A stretch of 64,000 bases of DNA from Microbotryum violaceum (Eukaryota), in NCBI GenBank assembly GCA_001244265.2, contig CDLV01000012.1, positions 868,001 to 932,000 of the forward strand. Reading direction: 5' to 3'. Shown here in pieces: positions 13,195 to 26,088 of this stretch. The notes beneath the pieces were generated by a model. It did not search any database. It was not told the DNA's origin and was given only the letters and a program-made list of their open reading frames with translations. Position numbers and translations under genes: made by a program. The stretch's first letter is position 1; every line of letters starts with the position of its first letter.

Positions 13195-15090
13195 TCACAT
13201 CGATGCCCTCCCCAACAAGATCTTGAGATCGAGTAGGACCTGCGAGTACACCGAAATCAGCACCTTCGTCGAAAGGATCCAAAGTTGATGATCCGGGAGA
13301 ATACGACCCACATGCCTCAACGCCCTCGTCCACGTCTCATCATTCCCGAATTGTAACTTGATGGATACGTCACCGATCTTATCCTTCACGACTCTGAAAC
13401 GCTCGTGATGGGTCAAACAGTTCAGCTTCGGATGAGGTCGACTGTTTTACCCTGACGAACAGACTCACCGATGAGGGACATTAAACACGGGGTCGATACT
13501 GTTGACGTATTCGTACATCTGCCTCAGGCAATCCAAGAAGGCGACCATGGCGAGGTCGAAGCGACGGTTTTGCAGTAATCTTGTTACGGCAAAAAAGTCC
13601 CCACTGCCGTATAGTTCGAGCGAGGTTGACGTCGAGGTGGACGAGATGGAACTCGCGGAAGAGGTGCCGCTCGCGGAAGCGGGGTGGTGCGAGTCCGTTT
13701 CGTTGAGTTTCTCTATCCTCGAAAAGGATCCGATGGGTACGAGTTTGTAGGTATGGAAGGTGTAGGAGAACTTGCGGGCGATTGTTTGGAGCAGGAGGAG
13801 GGTGTGACCCCATGCGGCGTTGATCTCGAGCCATTCGACTGGATGATTCGGTAATCGCCCTAAACGGAGACCGTTGATGGTGCCGAAGCCGGCTTCTTGG
13901 CCTATGCAGAAAGCATCGTCTGCGGAAAGGGGGGCGGGGTTCAGACTGGTCTGAGAGAGAAAGCAGGACGTTCGGGAGACTGACTGAATACGTTGGTTTT
14001 TTCCAACTTGATCAGCTCGCGCAAGTCATGCTCGTAACGGGTCTGGACCGAGTCGATCTTGTCCTGCATCGCCTGTGTTTGTAATGTTTGGTTTGAATGA
14101 TCCCTCCAAAACCTGTTGGGAGAGCGAAGCACGTCTGAGCGGGCGAAATCTCGGAGTTTTCGCAAAGTGTGCTCACTCTTGTTCTTCGAGCGCGAGTTGT
14201 TCCTCCTCTGCATCAAGTAGTGCCTTTTCCTGATCGAGAGCGGCTCGTTCGGCCTCGACCTGTTTGAGCGATTGCAACGCCTCTTGTGCGGCGCGTTTCC
14301 TGCGTGCGATTTCCTTGGTCAACGCCTCCTTGGTTCCGGTGGGGCCGAGCACATCCTCGTTACGCCTGCGCTGCACGTCTTTTTCAAACGCCTCCAAGCG
14401 ATCCTTTTCCTTTTTGAGTTCGGACAGTTCCTTGTTGATGAGCGACAAGAGTTGGTCCATGCATTCAACGCAGAGCGGGTGGTCGATCTTGGATTCGGCC
14501 GAGAGCAACGAGTACAGTCGCGATAACTGTGAGATGCGAGGGGTCAAGGGTGGCGGATCGGAGGAGGAAGGGGATGCGTGGGCGTTCGAAGTGGTTTGGA
14601 TGATCTCGGTGCGAGGTTTGGAGGGGGGCAGTACGGCGAGGGAGGATTCGACGGTCGGGACGTGGTGTGGAGCGGCGTGGGCTGGGTCGAGCACGATGTA
14701 GCTCTCGCCTGGTCCGAAACCGCCGGGAGGATCTGCGCCAGGAGGAACGGACGACGAGCCCGAAGGCGGCTGGCAAGGACTTGGGATGCGCAAGGTGTGA
14801 TGTGCGTCGGTGGAGCCCCAGCGAGTCGCGGCGGAGGTCGGGGTGGTGGAGGTGGTGGACGTCGACGGGTTCGTGCGAGGTGGTCTCGCGGCGACGGCGG
14901 CATCGTACAACGGTCTCAGCCCCGGTCGTAGTCGGTTCAGGCTCGGTCCCGAGTCGGGGAGGTGCGCTGGATGCGGATGTCGCTCGGATTGGGATAGGAG
15001 GTCATACGTCGAGGGGGACAGCGCCGCGAGTGAGTCGTCGAGCGAGGACGCCGTCAACGGTTGACGACATCGTTGACAGTTGCCGTGCAT
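13195..15090 (-). CDS. ATG6: Autophagy protein Atg6/Vps30/Beclin-1
   Basis: N-terminal CQRCRQPL, DHPLCVEC, a coiled coil, LEKTNVF, FGTINGLRLG, W.EINAAWG, KLVPIGSFS, DKIGDVSIKLQF..ETWTRALR. Confidence 0.95.
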
Positions 15091-15386
15091 GGTGTGAGAC
15101 CATCCAGGGAGGGGAACTGCTGTGGGGTCCAAAGATGTGCGGTCGTACAAAAGACAAGCTCGCGGCTCGTTCAGCGCGTTGGGTCGGCCAGCCTCACTTA
15201 TTAGAGCTCACTTTTTATTAGCAAGTTGTCAGAAGAGCGCTCAGCGCGTTCAGTCAGCCGCGCAGTTCAGTTTTAAGTTCAGCCGATCGATCGGCCAAAC
15301 CGACCTCCTAGCGCGCGCTCTTGCTCCTTCTTCTCGCTCGCTCCTGTGGCTCGGCGAGGCAGGCACCGACAACATCGACCAAGCTG

Positions 15387-18300
15387 ATGGACCCCGTCGT
15401 ATCGAGCAACGGCGGTGGTCCGTCCCTTCAGGATCATGGCCACGGTCATCGTCCGAGCTCGAACTTGGCCGGCTACTCGTCATTGTCATCGTCCTCCTCC
15501 CCGTCGCTGTCCCTGTCGAGCTCTGCCCAGCCGCTGCCATCACCACCACAGGGCACCGACTGCACTCACACAGCCGCTACGATCCCCAGTCCGAAACTGA
15601 ATCATGCGTCAAGCCAGTCCCAGCCGGTACCGGATCACGAGCCCCGCTCCCTCGACGAACTGCCGACGGTCACGCACGACTTGATCCCCTTAAGCCACAT
15701 CGTACAACGTCTCGTCGCACAGGTCCATGCCGATCTGCTCAACCTCACAGAAACGTCAGTTGGACATCGCGCTGGACATTCTTGTCCTGTCCCGAGCGGG
15801 GCGGCATGCTGAACCTCCTTCTCTCCGTCCAGTCTGCCCTCCTCATCGGACCCAGCTCGCAAGAGGGCCATCGTCGACTATGTCCTCCAAACGCGGCGCC
15901 AGCTGCTCAAGCTACTCGTTCTCGTACGGTGGAGCTCGCAGGCGGACGCCCTGCACAAATGCATGGTACGTGCCACCTCAGCTCGGTGCTTGCTCCGAGC
16001 CGCGCCCTGATTCGGATTCACCGCCCCATAGAACATTATTGGCTTTTTGGCAAGACAAAATTTCGAATTTGATCAGTCCGTACAGCGATTGCACGAGGTC
16101 AAGGACGTGTTGGCCGGCGCAAGGTCAGTCTACCGCTAGTTCAGCTCCCCGTCCGTTCCATTGCTAACCATCCCCTTGGCTGCGTCGTGCCAGGGTCCGC
16201 AACTATGACCTCACCTCCGCGCTTACCGTACTCTCGACCGGCCACTACCCCTTCCTCCCTTCCGTCATTCCCGAATTCTTTACCCAGCCTCTCCCACTGT
16301 CCGACTCGACCGTGCTCGAAACTCTGGCCGAGGTCGATCAGATCCTTGCGTACCGATTGGCATGTCTCGAGAACCTACCTCGCGCGATGAGGACCTATTG
16401 GATCAAGGATGGGAGGGTAGCGTTCAGGGTCGAGCGGCTGTGGGAGGCTACTTTCACTTATGGTGGAGAGCGCGGGAAAGAAGAGTGGTACTTGCTCGGC
16501 ATCAAGTATGGGTTCAACGTCCAGGATGCCAGAGGGGGTGAGCAGATTGAATCTTGGGCCTCTCGGTTAAGTCGTCAGGCTCACACCTTCAACCCCTTCC
16601 AGTCTGGTCATCCGAACCTTCTGGACCAATCAAGGAAACAATACTCCAACTCTGCAACCAGGAACTCGCTCGGCATCCCCCCACCGACCCATCCTCCTCC
16701 TCGACACCCGAATCCGCCCCTCTGATCCGAGCCTACAACTTTCTACAGCGGCTCGCGTTGAGCTACCAACTCGAGGCGATCGCGTCACAGGCCTCAGTAC
16801 TCGCCCAGACGAAATGGATGGGGCATCTGAGATGCGTGAGAGAGTTTGACGGGCGTGGGTTAAGGGTTGATTATTGGTTACCCAAGGAAGGGTCAAATTC
16901 GACCTCGGCGAATTCGGGCTCGGGATCGGCGGCGGCGGGAGGAGGGGCTAAAACGATACCGACGGCGACGACGCCGTGTTTGAGATTCGCGTATGGGCAA
17001 CGGGATGAGGTCCGAGGGACGGAGAGGGTCGAGTTGATGCGGAGAAGGGCTTTGGACAAGTTGTTGATTGGAGGAGGCACGAGGGGGAAGCGGAAAGAGG
17101 CTACAACGACCGGTTCGCAGGGGCCAGGGTCAGAGCCGCGGCAGGACGAAACGACGGAAGAACAAGAGGATGTCGATGATGCTTTGTCGATCACGTGGAC
17201 TGTGCCGAACTCCTCGGATTCGGCTATGCCGGTTGATACGACTTCGGTTGACCTGACCTTGAACGAGAGTCTCGATCTGGAGATCTTGCTGAGACGGGTG
17301 ACGACTCGACACGTCCGAAGCAACATGCTGGAATTGTACGACCAGCTCGTCCACGAACTTGATCCGAAAGATCTGGAACTCGTTTCGTCGACGAACAGCA
17401 ATGCGCCTTTAATTGTGGATCGGGAGGAGGAACTTCAGGACGAGGGTGTCCAGCAGATTAAAGTCCACCTCTACTCGTCCCACTATATCCTCGTTTCTCT
17501 CTCGACGCTCTCGGGCAAACTCGAGTTTAAAGCTGTCGGGGAAGCGACCTCGTTGCGCGAAGCACGACTCCGAGGTGCGGCGGAGAAAGTCGACCATTCG
17601 CGTCGACTGCTCGGCGAAACACTGCTGCGCATCCGCGCGACCACGATCCTGGACGAGGTCGACTCAAAGGCTGGGTATTTGGGCCTTGCGACGACCAAGA
17701 GGTTACCGTTGAAGAGCAACGACCTGGCTCGCTTTGGATCGACGACGAGAGGGTTGCTCTTCATCCAGCTCAAAGGTGTGTCGAATGGATCCTCAACTGG
17801 AGCACAGACCGCATCGTCGTTTGGGTGGATGTCATCGGGATCGAGCTACTACTTGGTCTTGGTGATGAACGAGTCGGGGTTTCGTTTCGCATTGATCGGG
17901 ACGAGGGAAGAGGCGGATCAGATGTCGGCTTGGACGACGATCGATGAAATGGGCTGGATAGAACGTGGGTCAATGACAGGGGCGGGTCAGCAGGATCCGG
18001 GGACGGGCTTCGATGTGGGAATCGAAGATTTAAGAGACCTTTATGCTTATTGCATGTGAGTCGACTATAGGGAGAAGGGGCCGTGGATGACTGTAACTGG
18101 GAACTGATGGTGCTTTTGTGGGGTTCGATGATCCACAGGAAACGCATCAGGTTCTACATCATCGAATCACAGCTTCACCTCCGACGGATCCCTTTCCAAC
18201 ATGTGTCTCCGTCGGCTCCAGCTTCAGCACCGCGTACGGCGTCTTTGACACCGACATCACCTTATCTTGTGATCCACTCCTCGGACCTCATCGTTTCGCC

Positions 18301-18733
18301 AACGCCGATAGCCCACCGCAACATAGCGATCCATTTACTTCCGCCCAGATCTCACTCTGCCCACAGTAATCTAGGCGATGCACCACAAGACCAAGTCGTC
18401 TTCCTGCTCAAGCTCAAAGCCACGCTTTCCCCACCACCCCAAAACCTCTCTCTCGCCACCACACACGCCGATCCACCAACTCCTAACCTTTTGCCCTCCA
18501 ACGTCCTCTACTCCCCCCCAACAAACCTCCTCGAATTCCGCTTCGACGATCTCGAGACTTGCGTGCAGGATTTCTTGGACGCGTATGCTTTGGTCGTCAA
18601 GAGTGTGGTGATGAAGAGGCATCGATTGTTGGAGATCAAGAGGCAGGATCAAGCGGTGTCGTTGGTGAAGGCGGTGATGGAGGCCAAGCTGGGAGGAGGG
18701 GGGGAACTAGCTTCGACGACGGGGACTGCATGA
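15387..18733 (+). CDS. MED14: Mediator subunit Med14/Rgr1
   Basis: IPLSHIVQRL, RRQLLKLLVLVRWS, ARVRNYDLTSALTVLSTG, YWIKDGRVAFRVERLWEATFT, YNFLQRLALSYQLEAI. Confidence 0.88.
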
Positions 18734-18959
18734 TGTACAGTGCTCCTTTTCCTGAGGCGCAAGTTGCGCTTAGTTTTGCGCTCCTAGGCGTAGTAGATGT
18801 AGGAAAGAATGTCATAATAGTACGATAGAAGCAAGCGGACACATGCTCGGGTGGCGGTCACATCGACGACGACAAAAGGGTAGAATAACAGCAAAGCACA
18901 ATTAGCATGAAAGGGGGTAAGCCAGCCCAACGTCACAAAGTAAGCTACTCGTATGCGTT

Positions 18960-21697
18960 CTACGATGTCGGTGGCGCGGCAACATGGGTCATTGAATCTG
19001 CTGATCCCGAGAAATTGGCATACAACGTCGACAGCACCAGTAAATGCAGACCCAACGCATAGACAACGAAGATGTTACGCGAGAACCGGTTCGACAACAC
19101 CAATGTCGACAGGTGGAGGAGCACCTTCTCCAAAGGATTGAGCATATGGACCGCCCGTCCTCGTTCCCTTCCTCTGAACGCTTCGAAAGGGTTCATCGAT
19201 TCGTCGTACTTGTTTTGGAACTTGCCCAATTCTTCGTCCCCCTTTGATCCTCCAAAAGGTTTCATAGGGATGACCCTCGTATCGTCGCGATAAGATTGAA
19301 GGTAGCGCACTTTCTCGTAAAGTTTCAGGGAATCCGTTTGGAGGGATTTGATCTCGCCGCGGAGTTCGGAAATGGTTTCGAATTGGCGACGCAGTTCTTC
19401 TTCGAGTTCGGCGTTGCGTTGGCGGAAACGATCCCTTTGCGAGGTGATGATGGGGAGGATGGAAATGTCGGCTGAACTGGTGAAACCTCCACTTGTCCCA
19501 CCCGGTGCGTTCGATCCGCTCCCTCCTACACCATTGAGGTCCTTCTTGCCAACGTTGAGGGAGGCCAACGGATCCTCCCTCGCCGCCGCCGCCGCAGAAG
19601 CCGATTGATTCCCCTGATTGATCCTCAACAAATCATTCTCCAACCGATCGTTCAAACTCCTCTGCTCATCGAACCTCGATTGTAAGCCATTCAGATCATT
19701 CGATAACGTACGATGTGTCGCGGACAATTCTTCATGTGCGACGCGAAGAGATGTTAATTCATCTTGGAGTTTACGGTTCTTGGTCATGAGAAGGTTTTCG
19801 AGTGGCTTGCCACGGTGTTGGTTCGCTTTGTCGGCGTTGGGGTCGGGGAGGCGCACGGTCTCGTCGAACGGGTGTGTTTCTTCCGTTTCGAGTCCCGCAA
19901 ATTCGACGTACTGTGGATGGAGCCGTTTCGTGCGACCGTCAGCACAATATCAATCGTAGAACTCCACGGACGCGGACCACCTACCTTCATAATCTCCAAC
20001 TCGCGCTTGATCTCATCATAATCATCAAACTGCCTCACACGCTCCTTCAAACTCTCAATCTCCTGCGCCTTAATCTCCCTGTCTTTGATCAGATCATCGA
20101 CCTCCTTCTGGCTCACGGATCGGTCCTTCTCGTTCACTTCCTTTTGCTGTTCGAGGGAACGCATCAATCGACTGGCTTCCGTCTGGAGGTCCGAAACTTG
20201 AGCTTCCAATTGCGAGACCCTGAGTTCACGAGTAACAGCATGATCAGTTGGGGATCATCTCGCTTACGTAGTTACAGCGCAACTCACCGCCCCGCACTTT
20301 CGCTCCCGCTTCGAACAGCCTCAATCTCGGCGCGCAGTTTCTCGTTCCTTCGTTCGACTTCGGTTACGCGGCTGTTGGCGCGTTCGAGATCCTCGGTGAT
20401 GAGATCGGCTTCGGCGAGGCGGGCGAGCGTTTCTTGATCTGTCAGCAAAGGGAAGGGTGATTGTCTGAGCATCAGTTTCGCCCGAGTCTTTGAGCGGTGC
20501 AAAGTGCTTTTCGCGAACCTTGTCGTTGACTGTGATCAAAGAGTTTGGCCTGGCTCGAGTCGGCTGTGGTCCGCAACTCTCGCAGCTGTGATCGAGCGAC
20601 CGAGACCTGGCGTTGCAAATCCTTCTCCCTGAGTTCAAGACAGAGGCATGGATCATCAGTAACACGATCAAGTACAAGCATAGTCGAGAGGTTGCCCTGC
20701 TTACCGCTCGGCGTAATTCCTCAACCTCTCATCGTACGTGGCGTGGAGCTCGGCTTCTTTCGCCCCCACATGCTCTACGACCATATCCTCCATCTGTCCA
20801 ACCCCGCCCGAACCACGCATGTCAATCGAAAAAGAATTGAGACCTCGTAAACGCAAAATCGCCCGACTCACCCTCGTCTCGAGCTTTTCAACTTTTTCAG
20901 CCAATCGCTTACGCTCCTTCTCTGCCGAAGCGGCCTCGCTCAGTTGTTGTCTCAACGCGGCGTTCTCCTCCTTCTGTCGAGCGAGCTCGCCTTCGAGGAT
21001 CCTTGCTTCCGAAGCACGTGCAGTTTGGTCCTTGATAAGAGGGCAAGCGGAAATTGCATCCCAGTGTGAGCCGAGTCATTGAATGAGCCTGGCGAGCACG
21101 ACTCACGACGGCAGCATCCATCAAGGGGAAAGGATCAGGAGCTTCGGCGAGGAGCTTGTACACGCCCAGAAAGGCGTTTTCAGCCGTCTTGGAGCGTTTT
21201 GTCAAGGCGTCGATTTCGCCCTGATAGGCTGTGGGTAGGGGGGTCACGGGCGTAGGAGTCAAGTTTTCAGTTCAGTTCGCTCGGCGGTTTCTGGCGGTGG
21301 AGAGCGCGACGTACCTTTGAGTAGCGTCTTGAATACGGGTGCTTTTTCCTGATCGGGCAGTTTCTTGAAGTCTGTTCGCCTCCACGACGTGATCAGGGCG
21401 GTGAAGAGCAGACAAAATGCTCGAGTCGGGGGAACGAACCTCGTGTGGATTCGGCGAGCTTCTTGCGCCCCATCATGTTGTCCTTTTGGTTATCGACAAT
21501 CTCCAGGCCTTGAATGTCGAGTGACTTTTGGAGTTGGGAGAGGTTGATGTCTGCATAGAGTCGAGCGGATCGGTGAGCGGTGGACGTGGAGGTGGCAAGG
21601 ACGGACGGGATCGCGGTGGGGCAGCTGGTACATATCAGGATGACTGACCTCCCCATACTTTGAGCGCGGCTGAGAAGTTGGCTGTAGAGTCGGCCAT
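18960..21697 (-). CDS. COY1: Golgin CASP/Coy1 (CUX1/CASP family)
   Basis: [79 protein letters not shown], and a C-terminal TM segment with Y..LH. Confidence 0.93.
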
Positions 21698-22010
21698 GAT
21701 GACGAACGCGTTGGCTACTCGGTTGGTCGGGGTGCTGTAAGCCGGGTTCCTCCCGTCTGTCGTGCTCCCGCCGCCGGCCAGAGGAGCTTCTCGGGTCGGA
21801 GCGGACCAGACGCGAACCTCGACTTGGTCTCGACGGTCAGCACAGCCGACTGGATGGAGAATTCCTTGCCGAGCAGCGATGCCTCGATGTAGAACTGCAG
21901 TAGTACGTGCGAGGCGATCGAATGACGTGAGAGACGGGCGAGCACGATGCTGCTCTCTCGACGTGGAGCGAACCAGAGCACACCCCCAAGCCCGAGTACG
22001 GAGACCACAC

Positions 22011-22275
22011 ACGCGTTATTAGCCGCTTTGAGCAGCGTATACGTACGCGAGATCCTAATCCGAGTTAGCGAGCCTGTGGTTCCTCTTTATCGTCTACTTG
22101 TGCGATCACTTTCATTTTTATAAATTACGGGGTCATTTACTGTCTATTACCAGATGATGGTCAGACCTCTGCGCGAGGTACAGCCAGAGGCAACAATAGT
22201 CGCACCCGCGCCGGTCAGGATCGGAATTGGACGCGTCGGTCGGCGCGATTGACATTCACGGACCGTGCGACGCGT
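22011..22275. promoter_or_regulatory. Cluster of MCB-like ACGCGT sites upstream of the DUF2439 gene
   Basis: Exact ACGCGT at 22011, 22231 and 22270. Confidence 0.45.
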
Positions 22276-22347
22276 TGCTTTTGCTTTCTCGCCCCTACAG
22301 CCACCGCAATTGACGGTCAAGCTGCGAGCATTGTACTCGGTCCAAGG

Positions 22348-23325
22348 ATGGCAACCACGAGTGCTCCCTCGACCAAGGTCAAGCGATACCACTGTCTGTA
22401 CTCGAGCCAGATCAACAACAAGAGTGAGTCTGCCCCCGCTTCGTCTCCTCGAACTGCCGACTGACCAGCTCGCACGTCGCCTCTTTAGCCAAGACTTACC
22501 AAGATGGCAAGTCCCCACCGTGCGATCCTACTCGATTCCAGCTGCTTACCATCTCCGGGCTCACTCAACCCCACTTGCTCAACGCGCACTGCAGGCTTCA
22601 TTCGCCACCATCACCTCAACTCGCGCCTGTACCTGCTCTCAGCGGACAATCAACCCCTAGCCGAATCGTTCTACCGTCCACCTCGGAACCAACCTTGTGT
22701 CTTTGACGACCGCTTCACACTGGAAGATGATCAAGAGGTCGAATTTGACGAACAAGGCTTTTCGGTACAAGTTGGCGAGCTTGAATCCGAGCGGAATGTG
22801 GTCAGTCCCCGTCGGGCGAGCTTGTCACGCACTTTCGAATTCTGAATCGGATATTTCTTCTTCTTGCAGGACCTCGGAGCAATCCAAGCTCAGACTCGCA
22901 CGGCCAAGAGCGAACGGCTCGCCGCGGCCAGGCAATGGGCGCTCGAAAGTTCGTCAGATTCGAATCGCTCGAAAGTAGAGCCAGACGCGAGGGCCGGGTT
23001 CAGGTTGCAAGATTTGATCGTGACGACGAGTGCGAATGAGACGCCCACAACTCCCAATCATCGACAAGAGTCCGCCAGCCATGTATCCCCAGCAGGTTGG
23101 TTCACACCTTCGACCGGAAAAGCGATTTCGTCGGTGACGCCACAGGCCAGCAAATCGAGGCCGGCGCCGTACTCGAAGGACGTTACGCCTGCAAGATCAT
23201 CTTCAAAGGCTGACACTGTGGATCATTCAGAAGTGATTGGTCGTACACCGCCAACGAGAGGTGCTCGAGCCGAGTTCAAACCGCCGAGGCCGAGTGCGGC
23301 CCCGACGCTCAAGAGCGCTTACTAA
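22348..23325 (+). CDS. DUF2439 (ZGRF1/Mte1/Dbl2 N-terminal-like) domain protein, about 251 aa
   Basis: Exons 22348-22423, 22489-22506, 22595-22800 and 22870-23325 total 756 nt and give KRYHCLYSSQINNKTKTYQDGFIRHHHLNSRLYLL, resembling the Y.CLY..Q..K.K.wQDG pattern. Confidence 0.72.
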
Positions 23326-23608
23326 TAGTTCGACTGGGAGTTCGGCGTGGTATTCACAATATATCTAGCTTGTTGTTGTACATGATCTTTGATTTAGTGA
23401 TTAGTTTTTTTCGGTAGTTTATGCATTTTTTCAGCCGCACTTTGCCGACATTCGGTGACCCATTTGGCATAGACTTTGAATAGAAAGTTGAGTAGACTTG
23501 TGCGTCCGGACATCGGATCCCACGCGGTCAACGTTAGGCAAGGATTGGTGCACGTGGGTGCTCTCAGTCTCTCTGGCCCCTCTCACCCCACTTGGATCAC
23601 GTTCGACC

Positions 23609-25959
23609 ATGGCCGTACTCGATAAGCCCAACGCTCCTGCTCCTCGCGAGTTGCACAAGAGTCAAGATGTGAGTCTGGGAGGACTTCAACCGTCTGCTAT
23701 TCGAACCATGCGGTCATTGGCAGGCCCGCCCCAAACCAGCGACTGGAATCGCCGATCCTCGCAGGGTGACACATCGCTGATCACAAGTATCTTCCATCTC
23801 TAGAATGCGACTCAATCCAACTACCATCATATCGCGACCCAACACGTCGATCTGGTGTGGACCGTCGACTGGACCACCCGGCTCATCTCGGGTTCAGCAA
23901 CGCACACCATGACCGTGCTCAAGGATGGCACCGCGTATGCCATCTTCGACGCCTCTTACCTCGACGTCACGTCCATACATCTCGTCGATGGAGAGCACAA
24001 GCAGATCCGTCGACTCGAATACGACCTCCCTCCGCGTCACAAGGTCATGGGCTCGGCGCTCAAGGTCGAATTGCCCCACAAGATGGATAAGGGACAACAG
24101 GTCAGGATCAAGATTGACTATTCGACGACCAAGCATTGCACCGCTTTGGGATGGCTCAACCCTGAACAGACCCACAGCAAGAAGTAGTACGTTCGGGTCA
24201 CTGAGGGGAAAATCTTGCCTCCCCGCCCCCACCCCATTTTACCTGACTGGTATCCTCGGGCCCCCCTCCCCGCAGTGGCTTTCTGTACTCGCAATGCCAA
24301 GCGATTCATTGTCGTTCGCTCGTACCCATCCAAGACACCCCGGCACTCAAAATCACCTACACCGCAGCCGTCACCTCCCCTCTCCCCATCCTCATGTCCG
24401 CTCTCCGACTCTCTCCACCTTCAGAAGAGATCATCGAGATCGACGTCGCCAAGGCCATCACCTATACTTTCAAACAACCCGTACCCATCCCGAGTTATTT
24501 GATCGCAATTGCAAGTGGGGAATTTCAGTTCGCGAGCTTAACCCAGCGGTGTGGAGTCTGGGCCGCACCGGGCTTGATCCAACAGGCCGAATGGGAATTC
24601 AAGGCCGATGCCGAAAAGTTCGTCCGCGGACCACGACCATTCGATGACCTCCCCTTGACTTTTCGTTTTTACGTGTCCCCAGATTCATCCAAGTCGCCGA
24701 AAGCTTGACCTCGCCTTACCGTTGGGGCCGCTTCGACATGCTCGTCCTACCCGCCAGTTTCCCCTACGGCGGTATGGAGAATGCCAACATGACTTTCCTC
24801 ACCCCCGCCCTCGTCGTCGGCGATCGTTCCCAGGTCGACGTCATCGCCCATGAACTGTCCCACTCGTGGTTCGGTAACGGCATCTCGTGCAATTCGTGGG
24901 ATTCCTTTTGGCTTAACGAGGGTTTCACGACGTGTTGCGAGAGGATGATTGCGGGAGAGATGAGGGGTCCCGCGGCGAGGGATTTCGAGTTTATCGTCGG
25001 GATGCAAGGCTTGAAGGCGAGTCTGAAACAACAGGCCAAGACGCCCAGGTTCCAGAGGTTGCATATCTCTTACGCCGAGGGGGAGGATCCCGATGATGGG
25101 TTCTCGAGCGTGCCTTATGATAGTGAGTTCACCGCCTCAATTAGAATCTGGGCTTAAAACGATTTGCTAATGCGGTGTATCTCATTAGAGGGCGCCAATT
25201 TCTTGTATCTTATCGAACGCACCGTCGGTGGGCTCGACGTGTTCAAGCGTGAGTACCAGTGCTGCGGTCTTTTTACAAAGCCCCAAACTCACACACCAGT
25301 CCTCGGTCGCAGCCTATCTGATCGCGTACGTTAAGCGCTTCGACGGTCTCTCCATCTCCACCCGTGACTGGCTCGATCACTTCTGGGACTACTGGAACCA
25401 ATACCCCAAGCTCTCCGCCAAGCTGCGTTCCGAAATCGACTTTGACGCCTGGTTGAACGGCGAAGGTTTGGACCTCCCGAACAAGATTGAGTACGACACC
25501 TCCATCGCCGATGGAGCCTATGCCCTTGCAGCGAAATGGGATATCGCGAGGGACAAATCCGAACAAGAAGTCAACAAGATGTTCAACAAGGATGATATCG
25601 AGGATTGGTCCTCCCCTGCGTTCGGGATGTTTTTGGATACCTTGACGACGAGATACGACGCCTTTGATCCCAAGATCGTCCAAGCGATCGATCGAGCGTA
25701 TAGCGTCAATTCATCGACCAACCCCGAAGTATTGTTGAGGTGGTTTTTGTTCACCTTGGGATCTGGATGTTTTGAAAAAGATGCCGCAAAGTGGATTAGG
25801 GATCAGGGGAGGATGAAGTACGTCAGGCCTCTGTATGTTGCGCTGAACAAGGTCGATGACAAGTTGGCTAAGGAAACGTTCGATAAGTATGGCAAGGCGT
25901 TCTTGCATCCTATTGCTAGGGCGATGGTCGCAAAGGATCTGGGCGTTTCGGAGGAGTAG
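23609..25959 (+). CDS. LAP2: Leukotriene A4 hydrolase / M1 zinc aminopeptidase
   Basis: FLYSQCQAIHCRS, PIPSYLIAIA, FPYGGMEN, HELSHSWFGN..WLNEGFT (HExxH..E), QGRMKYVRP. Confidence 0.95.
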
Positions 25960-26088
25960 CACGAAAGGTGCTGCTGGAATTGGAGGTATGCCACATGATG
26001 TAGACGCGCGAATAAAAGTTGAAATTGCGAACAAAGAATAAAAGAAAGAAATAGTTGACTACCGTTGCCCCAAGAAACTGAATGCTCT

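Noticed and set aside
22124..22140. TACGGGGTCATTT similar to the end of the putative MITE TIR
   Set aside because: Only about 10 matching bases and no partner inverted end; compatible with chance.
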